Positions 1 to 11,377 of a DNA stretch of 64,000 bases are shown in pieces. Position numbers and translations under genes: made by a program. This stretch comes from Tubulanus polymorphus (taxonomy: Eukaryota; Animalia; Nemertea), in contig NC_134029.1 in assembly GCF_964204645.1 (NCBI RefSeq), positions 14,378,950-14,442,949 on the forward strand. Reading direction: 5' to 3'. The stretch's first letter is position 1; each line of letters opens with the position of its first letter. Below the pieces are notes generated by a model. The model worked only from the letters and a program-made list of their open reading frames with translations, was not told where the DNA came from and ran no database searches.

Positions 1-596
1 TCTGAGTTCTCGGTTTTTTCTTCACAGTTAATTCCTTCACTTCTTTCACCTCGCTCATTTATTATAGAAATATTTTTACTTTCAATATTTGAAAATGTTA
101 TAACCCCAGTTGATAATAATGTCATAAATCCACCTAATTGAAATGATAAATATCGAATCCATTTATTTAATTCAGTCATAACTAAATAATCATTTTTTAA
201 ATCGGAATATAATCTATTTTCATCTTCAATTGGTAGTATATAATTACATAATTTACTATAACCTTTTACAACATTTTCTGATATCGCGTCATTAATTTTA
301 GCTGTTCTCGCGGCTTCATAAATCTTAAATAATCTAATAATTTCAACTGATTTCATTGTATCTAATTCATTATGAGTTAAATTTTTATCGACAAATTTTT
401 TACATTTTCCAGATGCTATTAATATTTCTAATTGATGTTTGCAATAAAGATAATATTCATAATTATTATTTGTTGTAACATTATTTAAAACGCCATCATC
501 TGGAATTAATTTGTTTTCTGTTATTCCTAAATCATCTAAAGTTTTTTCAATTGGAACATCACCATTTTTAGATTTTATCTTCTTTTCACCTACCAT
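1..596 (-). CDS. Polinton/adintovirus hypothetical protein with hydrophobic C-terminal segment (runs off the window)
   Basis: Hand translation MVGEKKIKSK...QLEILIASGKCKKFVDKNLTHNELDTMKSVEIIRLFKIYEA...YLSFQLGGFMTLLSTGVITFS; preceded by TTTTTTTGTTATATAAATG; no stop within the window. Confidence 0.75.
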   Translation of the reverse strand, partial: MVGEKKIKSKNGDVPIEKTLDDLGITENKLIPDDGVLNNVTTNNNYEYYLYCKHQLEILIASGKCKKFVDKNLTHNELDTMKSVEIIRLFKIYEAARTAKINDAISENVVKGYSKLCNYILPIEDENRLYSDLKNDYLVMTELNKWIRYLSFQLGGFMTLLSTGVITFSNIESKNISIINERGERSEGINCEEKTENS

Positions 597-626
597 TTAT
601 ATAACAAAAAAATTAGTTGTGATGTT

Positions 627-856
627 GCAACTAGAATTCAACTAGAATGTAACTAGAATTCAACTAGATTAACAAGCTAGTTGAAATATTGTTGTTTTTG
701 TTTATTTCTTGTTAAATCTAGTTGATTTTTGTTTCAACTACTAACAAATAGAATTAAACTAGATTAACAAGCTAGTTAAAATATTGTTAAATCTATTTGA
801 TTTTTGTTACAACTACTAATAACTAGAATTCAACTAGATTAACAAACTAATTGAAT
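627..856. repeat. Intergenic array of degenerate AACTAG(A) repeats inside the Polinton
   Basis: Repeated caactagaatt / caactagattaacaagctagtt units between the ATPase and the next gene. Confidence 0.7.
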
Positions 857-1465
857 TTAAATAAATTCATATTTAAATGGGTGTTGTAATCTAAATAGTA
901 ATTTTGATCTTTTAATATTTTTCAACTTATCCATATATTCATTATGTAAATCATGTGGAATAATATCATTTTCCTCAAGTGCATTTTTCATCGATTTTCT
1001 ATCTTTATCGTAGAATAAAACTAGAAATCTAATGTTTTCTCTAAAGTCTTTAACAATTGAATTATATTTTTGATTTAAAACCCAAGTTGTTATCCCAAAA
1101 TGTCTCCCAGAGAAAGCTAAATAGCATAACTCACTTTCTCTAACTTTTGAATCATGTAGATAAGCACAATCATCTATAATGAATAATGTATTTGATCCTT
1201 TATAAATATCAATTGCTATTTTAATACAATTATCTAAATTTTCTTTTACTGTTTTAGGATCTAATATAATAAATTTATTATTTCTAGTAATATTTCTATC
1301 ATAAGTTTGATTAAATTCATATGTTGGACAAAATAATACTATATTATCAAAATAGTTTTCATAAACAGTTTCTAAAAAATTTAATATAAAATAAGTTTTT
1401 CCACAATTTGTTACACCAGAAATTAACATATTATGAGGCTCAAATATGAATAATTCCTCATTCAT
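857..1465 (-). CDS. DNA-packaging ATPase (A32/FtsK-HerA family)
   Basis: Walker A ISGVTNCGKT, Walker B LFIIDD, SGRHFGITTWVLNQ (Arg-finger/sensor region). Confidence 0.92.
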   Translation of the reverse strand: MNEELFIFEPHNMLISGVTNCGKTYFILNFLETVYENYFDNIVLFCPTYEFNQTYDRNITRNNKFIILDPKTVKENLDNCIKIAIDIYKGSNTLFIIDDCAYLHDSKVRESELCYLAFSGRHFGITTWVLNQKYNSIVKDFRENIRFLVLFYDKDRKSMKNALEENDIIPHDLHNEYMDKLKNIKRSKLLFRLQHPFKYEFI

Positions 1466-2592
1466 ATATATATTTTTAGTTTTACTTGATAATATCCATT
1501 CATTGAATTTATCTGGCCATCCAACCCATTTTACTAAAGAATATTTTTTTTCTTTTAATAGTTTTTGTTTTTAATACTTTTTCAATTTTATATTCTTGTT
1601 CTAGATTTTCAGTAGTTAAACTTAATTCTTCTTCATAAAAGTAGCTTTAACTTCTTCACCATCTAAATCTTCTAATTTATAGACATATGGTTTTGTTGTT
1701 ATTACCTTTTTTATTTTATATATTTCTCTAGTAAAATTTCGATCGTATCCTTTATCAAATATCTTTTTATACTTAGAAATTCTAACATTTTGACCAACTT
1801 TAAATTTAGGTTGACCAAAATCATCTACAAGAAATGCTCCATATAAATTATTCCAAACAATTTCAGCATTTTCAGGTTTTCTAGCATCAATAGGTTTCAT
1901 TCCAATAGAAGAATGATAAGAATTATTATAACCTTCTATCAATTTTGGTAAAGCATCAATCCATTTAAAAGTATTATTTGCTGTAAAATATTTCAACATT
2001 CTTGTTCTTAATGTTCTATTAAATCGTTCAACAACTGCCGCTTTTTTATCCGATTTTGTTGAAAAATGTTTGATATTATGATTATGTAAGAGTTCATGAA
2101 CAAGTGAATTATCAAATTCTTTTCCACCATCAAATTGTATTTTTTCTGGTTTTATTTTATTATCCGAAAGAAATTTTCTTAAAACATTTGATGTTTGTGC
2201 AGCATCTTTTCTGTAAAGTGGGAAGCTCCATACATAACGACTAAAATATCAATTATATTCAATATCCACCAATAATCATCATTATCTTTCTTAACATTTT
2301 TCATATCAACTAAATCTCCTTGCCACCGTTGATCTACATAACTTACCATAGTTTTACGAGTTTTATATTTTCTAACAATTTTTTTATGTGTTGTGTATGT
2401 TGGTTGTTCTAACATAAATTCATTTATATCTTTATATTTAACTAAATTTTGTGGGATTATCTTATCTAATTTATCTTGTTTTACTTGACGCCGCATATTT
2501 TTGGTAGAAGAATAAGCTACCGAACTCTCAGGGTTGTAATATAAATTTCTTAAATATTGTTCTTTAGTATTAGGAGTTTTTTTACCGCCCAT
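1466..2592 (-). pseudogene. Polinton rve (retroviral-like DDE) integrase with C-terminal chromodomain, frameshifted
   Basis: LYYNP..., WQGDLVDM, IQFDGGKEF, AAVVERFNRTL, YNNSYHSSIGMKP, KFKVGQNVRI, then EYKIEKVL...LVKWVGWPDKFNEWI; about three frameshifts. Confidence 0.92.
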
Positions 2593-2624
2593 TTATATAT
2601 CCTTAATTTTAACTTTATATATTT

Positions 2625-3871
2625 CTAATATTGAATACTATCTAATTGTGAATTTACAATATTTAATTGTGCGTCAGATATAATATAAATGTGCATTTTG
2701 AAATTTTTGTTTCCTCTTTTCTTTGCCATGAATAATTGTATTCCATCTTTAGTGTTCTGTAGTTTTTTCCCAGAACCATGTAATGAATTATCCTCTGTTG
2801 TTCTAAAATCTAACCATAATGCATATTTATTACCGGTATAATAATCAATTTGATTAATATTACAATTTTCAGATGATTTCACTTTTTCATTCATAAAATT
2901 TTTTCTAATTTCTGGCCATTGATCTATCATTCTCATTCCTTGACAAAATATTTTATTTGCTATTCCTTCGATAGTTATTTCTACTTTTGTTATTTCAGGA
3001 TTATAATAATTATCTACCTTTATTGCGCCATTAGAATATGTTGCAATGGTAAAAAATATTAATATACCTTTAATAGATCTTCTTGGGAAGTTAATATTCT
3101 CATTAATTATTTCATCATTTGCAATAATAGTTACAGTTTCAAATTTATCAATATAATCATATAATAATGAAAATCCTTGATTGTATTGAGTTTGAATTGT
3201 GTTAGCAATATTTTCATTAGTTACTGTTTTATATTCTAAACATATATTCGATAATTTATAACCCATATCTTTAACAACGCTAGATAATACAATTCCATTT
3301 ACAGGAGCAAATGTTATCTCAAATATAATATCTTCTTGAATTACATATTTATATAAAGGTGCATTATTATCTATCAATTCAAAGTCTAATGGAATTTTAT
3401 ATTTGCTTCCATAAATCTTTTTTATCAAATTATCTGTAGCATTAGTTATTATTGCATTATTAGCTTCTGATCTTAATTTATTATGGTTTTCCGATTGGAT
3501 GCCTTGAAATATCATATTATTTCTATTTTCTTTAGTTAACCATAAATCTTTATAATGCATAAATAAATTATAATCATCTAATGAGAAAACTGTTTCTGGA
3601 CCAATCTTTATTGTTAATTTTTTAATCAAATATCTTCCAACATTATCGACAACATAATTATTATCATGACCAGTTACTTTTATACCGGCTGATAAATAAA
3701 TACTATTTGGAACATAAAAAGTATTTTGTGTTAATCTAGGAATTCTAACATATAAAGTTTCATCGGGATTAATATTTGAAGGATTATGAGTAATTATATG
3801 ATGTGATTTTCTGCTTTAATAGCATTAGATATTCTATGATTCTTAGAAGGATTGATATAACGCCCACTCAT
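2625..3871 (-). pseudogene. Major capsid protein (double jelly-roll, hexon-like), one frameshift near the N-terminus
   Basis: ATG at 3871 after TTTTTTTGTTAAATAAATG; HIITHNPSNINPDETLYVRIP...NVGRYLIKKLTIKIG...KYALWLDFRTTEDNSLHGSG resembles invertebrate adintovirus MCPs; size about 415 aa. Fold is inferred. Confidence 0.8.
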
Positions 3872-3891
3872 TTATTTAACAAAAAAATGAA

Positions 3892-5184
3892 TTATTTATT
3901 TTTTATCATATTCACTAATCCAAAAATAATAGCACTAACAATTGTAATTAAAAATAAGATAATATGTTCAGCAGCAAAGTAAAGAATATTCCCTGCAGAT
4001 TTCAATATAAAACCAACAATTGATGCAATAATTCCTGGTAAAGCTGCAGCAGATTTTTTAGATAGTTCCCATAGATATTTTGCTAATTTTCTTAAACCAT
4101 CTTTAACTTTATCCTTTATAGAATTATTATCATTCGGGGGTTTATCCGGTTTATTGGGAGTAGGAGTAGATTTTAAAGCATTTGATATAGCTAAACCAAT
4201 TGTTGTAAATAACATAGTTACAGCTGTTAGAATTGAAAGAATTGTGATTCCTTCAAACTTAAATAATAATTTTATTCTATCTTTCAATGATATTTCAGAA
4301 TTTGGTTTTATCAACAAATCTTTAAAAATAACTTTTAATCTATTAATATTATAATCATATGATTTTAATAATGATTTAATTTCTTCTTTTTGTAATTCTA
4401 AATTATCTTAAAATTATTAATTTCTTTTTCTAAACGTAATTCTTTTTGCCTTTATTCCATTTCATCAATTACTTGACGATCAAGATCAGACTTTAATTGT
4501 TCTATTTCTTTATCTTTATCAGTTAATTCTTTTTCTAAAGTTCTAATTTTAAAATCTCTTATACTTTTATCATGCGCAATTTTATCAGCTTCATTTCTTA
4601 TACCAATAATTTCTCTAATTGCTTCATCAGAAAGTATATTTAAATCTTCTAATTCTTGATCTGTTGCATCAAGTAATCCATTTGGTAAAAGTTTTTCAAT
4701 TGGAACTTTATTTGACTTAAGTTTACTAGTTTTGGAAGTTATATTCTGTTCAGAAGTTGTTTCTGTTTCTGATTTATTTCAAAGTTGATTTTGTTAATAT
4801 TTCATTTTAATTATTTTTATAAGTGATATCAATATAATAATCACCTTTCAAATGATAATACCATTTACCATTATCTAAAAATTTTAATTGATCTGCTAAA
4901 GGTCCAACGTCTTCATCATTTATTTTAAGTTTCGAATTTTCAATCATACGTTCTAATTTAGGTATTTTGTTTGAATTATCTAAATCATGTTTTACTAAAT
5001 CTGGGTCTAAATTTTCAGGATTTAATTGTGATTCTGCATTTTTAATATAATCAGGCATATTTAAATTATTATTATATTCTGGCTCATTACCGTCATTAAA
5101 ACTTGTTTCACTAAAATCAGGCGGTTGTTCATCAGTTATGCCAGGTTCATCAAAACTATCCATTCCAATATCTTCTACATCCAT
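3892..5184 (-). pseudogene. Adintovirus-type protein: acidic N-terminus, coiled coil, C-terminal hydrophobic/amphipathic helices; frameshifted
   Basis: ORF pieces 4807-5184 and 3892-4317 (LKDRIKLLFKFEGITILSILTA...AAALPGIIASIVGFIL) joined by a coiled-coil-rich frame. Confidence 0.7.
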
Positions 5185-5199
5185 TTATATAATAAAAAA

Positions 5200-6531
5200 A
5201 TTAAAATTTAAAATATAATATTCCTCCTATAACAATTCCTATACAAGTTAAAGCTAATTTAGTATTTTCATGGGATTTATTATCATTATCAGTTTTAATT
5301 ATATCATGTTGAATATTATCAGTTTTAATATTTTCTGTAGTATTGTAATCTTTTCTTTTGGAATCATTATCCAATTTAATATTTTTAGTTTTAGTTTCTG
5401 TTGATTGAATATGTTTTTTATTTTTTTCACCTTCCGTTACGTTAATTTTGGAGCAGTAATAATCTTTTTATTTATATCATTTAATCCAAATGAATTATTT
5501 ATTGTTGCAGTTTTAATTAGATTATTGTAACCAATTATATTTCCCATCTTTAATACTAAATCATTAGAAATAATTAATAGATTAGGGCCTACACAATAAC
5601 TTAATCTAATATGTGATTTATCTAAATAATTCTGATTTCTTACAATGTTTTCTGGAATCGATCTATTTTTATCATTATGAATAGAATCTTCAAATAATAC
5701 TTTGAATTGTTCCTGCGCATCGAATGAAGTGTTATCATTTCCAATTATTGGGGATCTTGTTTCAACTTGTGCACCTAAAATACAAATCAAATAAGTTCTA
5801 ATAGATTGATTTATTCTTTGTATACCAGCTTTAGTAAAACCATCACTATTTTCTAAAATGAAATTAACCCAACCATTATTGTTTTGTTGTTGTATATTAT
5901 TATAATATTTTGGTAATTCATTCCAATTCAGTGTTCTTATATCTGAATTTGTCATTATTTTTCCAAATTCTTTAGTATATAATATTCCTAATCCACCCAT
6001 TGTTCCAATTTTTGCTCTAAAATCATTATTTGAATTAATATTAAATTCATTACATATTTTATAAAACTTAGAAAAATCAATATTATTATTCAATTCTTTA
6101 AAATATTTTGAACCTGGTAAAGGACATTCTAATTCATCTAATATTAATTTTATTTGAAAATATGTATGAAATCTAAAAAGTGATAACATCAATGGTAAAC
6201 TTGGTTTGTTTAAATGATCATTCCAACTTATTCCACATCCTGTTGTTGCACAATAAACAGCAAAATTTAATTGGTTCTGCCAATACTTCATATTAGATTT
6301 TAATAACCATTGTTTTGCCTCATTTAAATTTTTGAAATTAATTGTATACACATGAAATATATTTTCCATCTTTACATGAAAATTATTACTTTCAGTAACA
6401 TAAATATATAAATCAATTAATGAATTTAAAACTTCATTTCTATATGAAATATCTTTATTAAAATCTGTTGCTGGAATATTATATTTAATTGATTTATTAT
6501 ATTGGAAAGCTTTTGGAAAACTATCTACCAT
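5200..6531 (-). CDS. Uncharacterised adintovirus-type protein with probable C-terminal TM anchor (end disrupted)
   Basis: 364-aa ORF with WQNQLNFAVYCATTGCGISWNDHL and INQSIRTYLICILGAQVETRS; downstream sequence reads HENTKLALTCIGIVIGGIIYF. Confidence 0.75.
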
Positions 6532-6546
6532 TTATATAATTAAAAA

Positions 6547-8170
6547 ATCAATAATTTATCAATTCTTTTAATAATTTATCTTGTTCTTCAACTGTTATAT
6601 GGCCATTTAAACTTATTATATAATCTAGTGTATTCTTCAATTTATCAATTTCTTTTATATTAGTTTTAATTTTTTGACGCCTTATAAAACGTTACCATTA
6701 TGAAACCTAAACAATGTTAACCATTCAGCGTCATTTTACAAACGACAGCCGTAAATCGATGTGCAAAACGTCACAGGTCTATGTGTACACAAACAAGCTA
6801 TCTGGCAAGATATTATTGACATAGATGTAGAATGGCTTCCTGTGATTATATAATGACCTATATTTGAACGTCGAAATGTTATATTGCATTGAATATCATT
6901 AGAAGACGTATTGTAATAGTAAAGGATGTATGATTATATCAGAAGCGGCAGGCATAAATAGAAATGATAAGTAAATCGGATTATTCGGTTAAATGGCGGA
7001 TGTATACACGATTTGGAAGTCTGACATAAAAGTCAGACCCTGACGTGGGCATGCCGGCGGAATGACGAAGCTATCTACGATGTGTGTAGGGCCGGCGTGA
7101 ATTTCATCAGCGGCTACAAGCGGTAAATATGAAAATGTGTAAACATATAATTTCAATATTCAAACGTTTTAGAAAATATGTTTGATATTAGGAGTATGCA
7201 GGTTTCGTGAGATTAGCAATTTATAATAGCATAGCTGTCATATACGGCTCCGCGTCCTCTGATGGCATGTGTATTAGGTGACAATTCAATTCAATTCTTT
7301 ATTGATCCTTATTACATTGAAATTCCGGGATAAAATTCCCAAATTCAATAAATACAAATTTTAAAATAAATTAATACAACATACATGACACACGGGTAAT
7401 TCATACAGAACAACATAAGCATGTTATTTTAAATGACAATGTCTACTTCAACCCACCCAGACTCAAGACTCTAGGATATCGAGTGACAGCCAAACCCGTG
7501 GCCCGGGCCCGGGGACCGGGCCGGCTGGCTAGGCCACACGATATGCTCGAAGTCATGATGAAGCAGACATCAGAAGAGCTCTTTCTTCAACCATGGAGGC
7601 AATGAAGTTGCAGACCAGCTTAGAGGCATAAGTAAATGAAGTCGGTCGCAAGTTCGCGATCAATTATTGAGAATTTTCAATAAAAAAATTTAAACCACTA
7701 CTAGAGTCGAAGACCTGTATCATCTACCCAATCGCCAAATCTCATCATTCCCCAAATTTCTTAAAACTTCGATTTCAAATTTGCAATTCCACATTAGCCT
7801 AGCCCAGAAATTCTATATTTTTTTCGCAGGCGTCAAATAATTTTCTAAAATTAATTTTCTTGTTTCTTTATTACTTTTTACATTTAATTTTGAACTTATA
7901 CCGGTTAAAACGCTTGAACTTAATCCTAACACACCAATTGATATAGCTAAAGGTGTTAATGGACTGAATATTGCTAGAAATGTTATTACAGAACTAATTG
8001 TAACCGAACCACTTATAATCAAATAATATATAATTTTACTTTTTAAATATTTTTTCTTTTTAATTTTTAAGTCACTTTCAAATTCTAATATTTGTTTTTC
8101 TAAATATATGTTTAATTTAGTTTTACTGATATCATGAGGAATAATATCAATATTATCAACTTTATCTTCA
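6547..8170 (-). pseudogene. Small two-TM viral membrane protein split by an insertion; start codon mutated
   Basis: Removing 6675-7862 restores ...ISSKLNVKSNK-EKIKTNIKEIDKLKNTLDYIISLNG...; upstream TTTTTTTTGCTAAATAAACTG (CTG in place of ATG). Confidence 0.7.
6675..7862 (+). mobile_element. Non-autonomous Helentron/DINE-like element inserted in a T-run
   Basis: Sub-terminal inverted TTTGACGCCT...AGGCGTCAAA, 3' hairpin AATAATTTTCTAAAATTAATTTT then CTTG, no TSD; interior 6940-7460 matches host repeat 43345-43880. Confidence 0.7.
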
Positions 8171-8192
8171 GTTTATTTAGCAAAAAAAATTA

Positions 8193-8615
8193 CTAATTAG
8201 TAAATCTATACGCTACAAATATAACAATAACAGTTCCACCTAAAATCCAAATTATTTCATATTTCTGTTGTTCTTTACTTGGGGTATAATAATCTGATAA
8301 TTTAGGTTTGTATAGATGTAATTTTTCTTTATTGGTTACCGCGTTATAAAAACTCATTGCATCATCAACTGATTGAAAATCTCTATGTGAAATCTTCTGA
8401 TCATATAATTCTTTGTTAATATAATCCATATAGTTTTGTCTCTTTTCTCTATATTCTTCTGCTGCTTTATTGTATTTCTCTAATGCTAAGTTATGTCTTT
8501 TTTGTTCTGTTAATGATCCATTTTTATCAATATGCTTAAATAAATAACCGCCACCAGTAAATGCTAAAGCGTTAACAATTGCCGATCCTATAATAGTTAT
8601 AATTGCAGAAGCCAT
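8193..8615 (-). CDS. Adintovirus-type membrane protein (N-terminal hydrophobic helix, coiled coil, C-terminal TM)
   Basis: MASAIITIIGSAIVNALAFTGGGYLF...EQKRHNLALEK...IIWILGGTVIVIFVAY; TAAATAAATG start. Confidence 0.8.
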   Translation of the reverse strand: MASAIITIIGSAIVNALAFTGGGYLFKHIDKNGSLTEQKRHNLALEKYNKAAEEYREKRQNYMDYINKELYDQKISHRDFQSVDDAMSFYNAVTNKEKLHLYKPKLSDYYTPSKEQQKYEIIWILGGTVIVIFVAYRFTN

Positions 8616-8862
8616 TTATTTAGTAAAATAATTATGTATTTAAATGGGAGGAATATATTTTTTTTTTCTAAATAATCAATAGTTAAATTAGATAAAGTAA
8701 CTGCTAATGTTAATTTTAAGATATCATTGATATCAAATCTATCAACATTAACACTTCCCATTTTAAATACTTTTTTTAATACCATTGAATAACCAACAGT
8801 TCCAACTGATAGTAATGCTCCATTATATAAGCCAGTTATTATCCACTTATTATCACTAATTT
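8597..8862 (-). pseudogene. Small amphipathic viral protein, start codon apparently mutated
   Basis: SDNKWITGLYNGALLSVGTVGYSMVLKKVFKM...FDINDILKLTLAVTLSNLTIDYLEKK; upstream TTTTTTTGATAAATAAATT. Confidence 0.6.
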
Positions 8863-8876
8863 ATTTATCAAAAAAA

Positions 8877-9216
8877 TTACTATCTTCAAAATATTTAGTT
8901 ATCTTATTTATGATTAATTCAACATTTATTTCATTACTAGTTTCATTTGTATATATTTCAATTATTATTCTTTTAATATCATCGATGATAAAATCTTCAT
9001 CTAATTCATAAAATCTTAAAGATTCTCTAATTAAATCGGTAATCTTTTCTACATTAAAATTTCTTTATCTATTGTTTTTTCATACTCAAATGTTGTTTCA
9101 TTAAAAAATGTAATATTTTTGATATGAGTTATTACATCATTAATGTTAAATTTCATTTCTTTCTCACGTTTAAAATCAAATCCAAAACATATACTCGGTC
9201 CAACAGTTATATTCAT
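8877..9216 (-). pseudogene. Hypothetical viral protein, disrupted
   Basis: MNITVGPSICFGFDFKREKEMKFNINDVITHIK... after TTATATAAATG; frameshifted downstream. Confidence 0.5.
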
Positions 9217-9232
9217 TTATATAATGAACAAA

Positions 9233-9979
9233 TTACTCTCTACATCTTATAACTAATTCATATATCACAGGAAAGTTATTTAAATCAATTAAATATCCAT
9301 TATGATTTCTTATTTCTAATTTAAAATTATTAAATTGTGGTATACAAGGTTTAAAATCACATTCAGCTAAATTATAATTTATTTGCGTTCCAAATTGTTT
9401 AGCATTTTTAATGGTAAAATATTTAATATACTAGAATTGCAAGTTTTATCTTTAGTTGCTTCGAATGATTTTGTAGGATCAATTAAATTGCAATAAATAT
9501 AGAAATGTGTGTAAGGTATTATATTTGGTGTAGTATGAACATTTGAATAAAGTTTATCTGGTGTAATTCCTAACAGTTTAGCTACAGGTTTTTTAACTGA
9601 AAATTGATATTTTTCATTATGAGCTAACCTTATCTTAATTTTATTAGAATTATCACTTTTGATAAATTTAATTTCAAATCCAGCATCACTACCTAATTTG
9701 ATCCGAGCTCTTTTATTAATTTCTTGCGTTAATGATTCTAAATTATATAATCCTGGTTTTAAAATAGATAATTCCATTTATTCTTACTCCTGATTGAAAA
9801 AAATAAATGTTCAAGGCTTTTATCCGATACATTATAAAAAGAATTAGATAAACTTATATTTACTAATTTTAAATCTACACAATTCTTAAATTCTCTAATT
9901 GTATTAGTAAATTATGTGATTTATAATTTGTAAGTTTTCTAGAATCAACAGATATTCTGTATTCTTTTAATTCTACCAT
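9233..9979 (-). pseudogene. Minor capsid (penton-like) protein, frameshifted
   Basis: SLSNSFYNVS...PGLYNLESLTQEIN...HFYIYCNLID...SILNILP...FNNFKLEIRNHNGYLIDLNNFPVIYELVI; pattern typical of Polinton minor capsid proteins. Confidence 0.75.
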
Positions 9980-10048
9980 TATTTATAACATAAAAAAATT
10001 ACCGCTCATCACTAAAAAATTAATTTCAATAAGATTTTTCCTAAATAA

Positions 10049-11377
10049 ATGGACGAGAAGATACCATGCGAAATTTGTGGTGAACCTCTAAGAAAAAGTA
10101 ATATGGCTCGACATATGAAAAAACATGATGAAATATATAAACCCCCTAAACTAAACTGCCCAAAATGTAATAAATTATTCTCAAGAAATTATGTTAAAAA
10201 ACATTCAGAGAAGTGCAAAATTAATGGCGCAACGGCTAATGTTGATAGTAACGAAAGTAATAGTAATTCTGTTGAAGTTGAACCTGAAATTATTTGGAAA
10301 AGACCTTTCTTATTCTATGACAAGGATAATATAAAAGATCATTTCTGTGAGCCTTGTCGAAAAAAATATAACCGTGAAAATATAGAAGATTGGGAGAATC
10401 ATCAATTTCGTAAAGTACATATAGATAAAATTTCTAATAAATTTGAAACTGAATTCAATGAAAGAAGAAATAGTTTATTAGAAAAAATAAAATATGAGAA
10501 AACGTTACCAGATAATAAAGAAACAGTTGAAGAGTTAGAAAAACAATATAATGAATTAACAAGAAAAACATATTATTGTAGATATTGTAAATTGATTATT
10601 ACAACGAGTAATTCAAATCTACATAATAGAACAATAAAACATAAAGAAAACGTAAGAAAATACCAGGAGCTTAATGAAGATCTATTACCAATAAATTATA
10701 AACAAAAATGCCCACAATGTAATTATGCGACCTTAAGGCAAGAAGGTACTGTGTTATTTTGTAATTAATGTGGATGGCAAAAGAATTTATGGGGTGAAGA
10801 AAAAACTAGAGATTTTCTCATAGAACCAAAATTAAATTATCTAGATGAAATTTTTAAAATATTTTCTATAGAAGATCATACACCAGAATATATGCAATGG
10901 CTTGAAAAAATGAAAATAATAGAAAATAAAAATGGTGAAATAACTAAAAAAGATATTATAAAAACAATTATTCCATCAATATTTAACACAAAACAAAAGA
11001 AAATGTATTCATATTTATTATTTAATGATTATTATGAAAAACCTAAATTAACAGAAGAAGATATGGAAAATATAAAAAAAACATTGAAACAAATATTAAT
11101 GTATCATTTGGAAAATAGAATAACAGATTCAATTAATTATGAATTCTTTTTAAATAAGATTGTAAATTATTTAAACATCGATATTATTATTCCATTTGAC
11201 GAATTAACAAACAAAAAGAAACAAAGAGAGCGATATGAAATGTGGTACAAGATAGAACATAATTTAAATGAGAAAAATGAAATGGAAGAACCTAAACAAA
11301 TTATACAAGAACAATTAAATGAAAATGAAGAAGCCAATAGTGATTTCGAGTATGATGATATTGATTTTCTGTTTTAA
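10049..11377 (+). pseudogene. Multi-zinc-finger (C2H2-like) viral protein with one premature stop
   Basis: CEICG...RHMKKH, CPKC...KKH, CRYC...HNRTIKH. The stop at 10766-10768 falls inside a CxxC (CN*CGW) and the frame continues into the 10892-11377 ORF. Only + strand gene of the element. Confidence 0.75.

Noticed and set aside
1440-1560. Apparent in-frame fusion of the integrase chromodomain to the packaging ATPase (…WILSSKTKNIYMNEE…)
   Set aside because: The junction reads ATA-TAT-ATG. A single change from ATA-TAA-ATG would restore both the integrase stop and the TAAATG motif seen at other genes, so decay is the simpler explanation.
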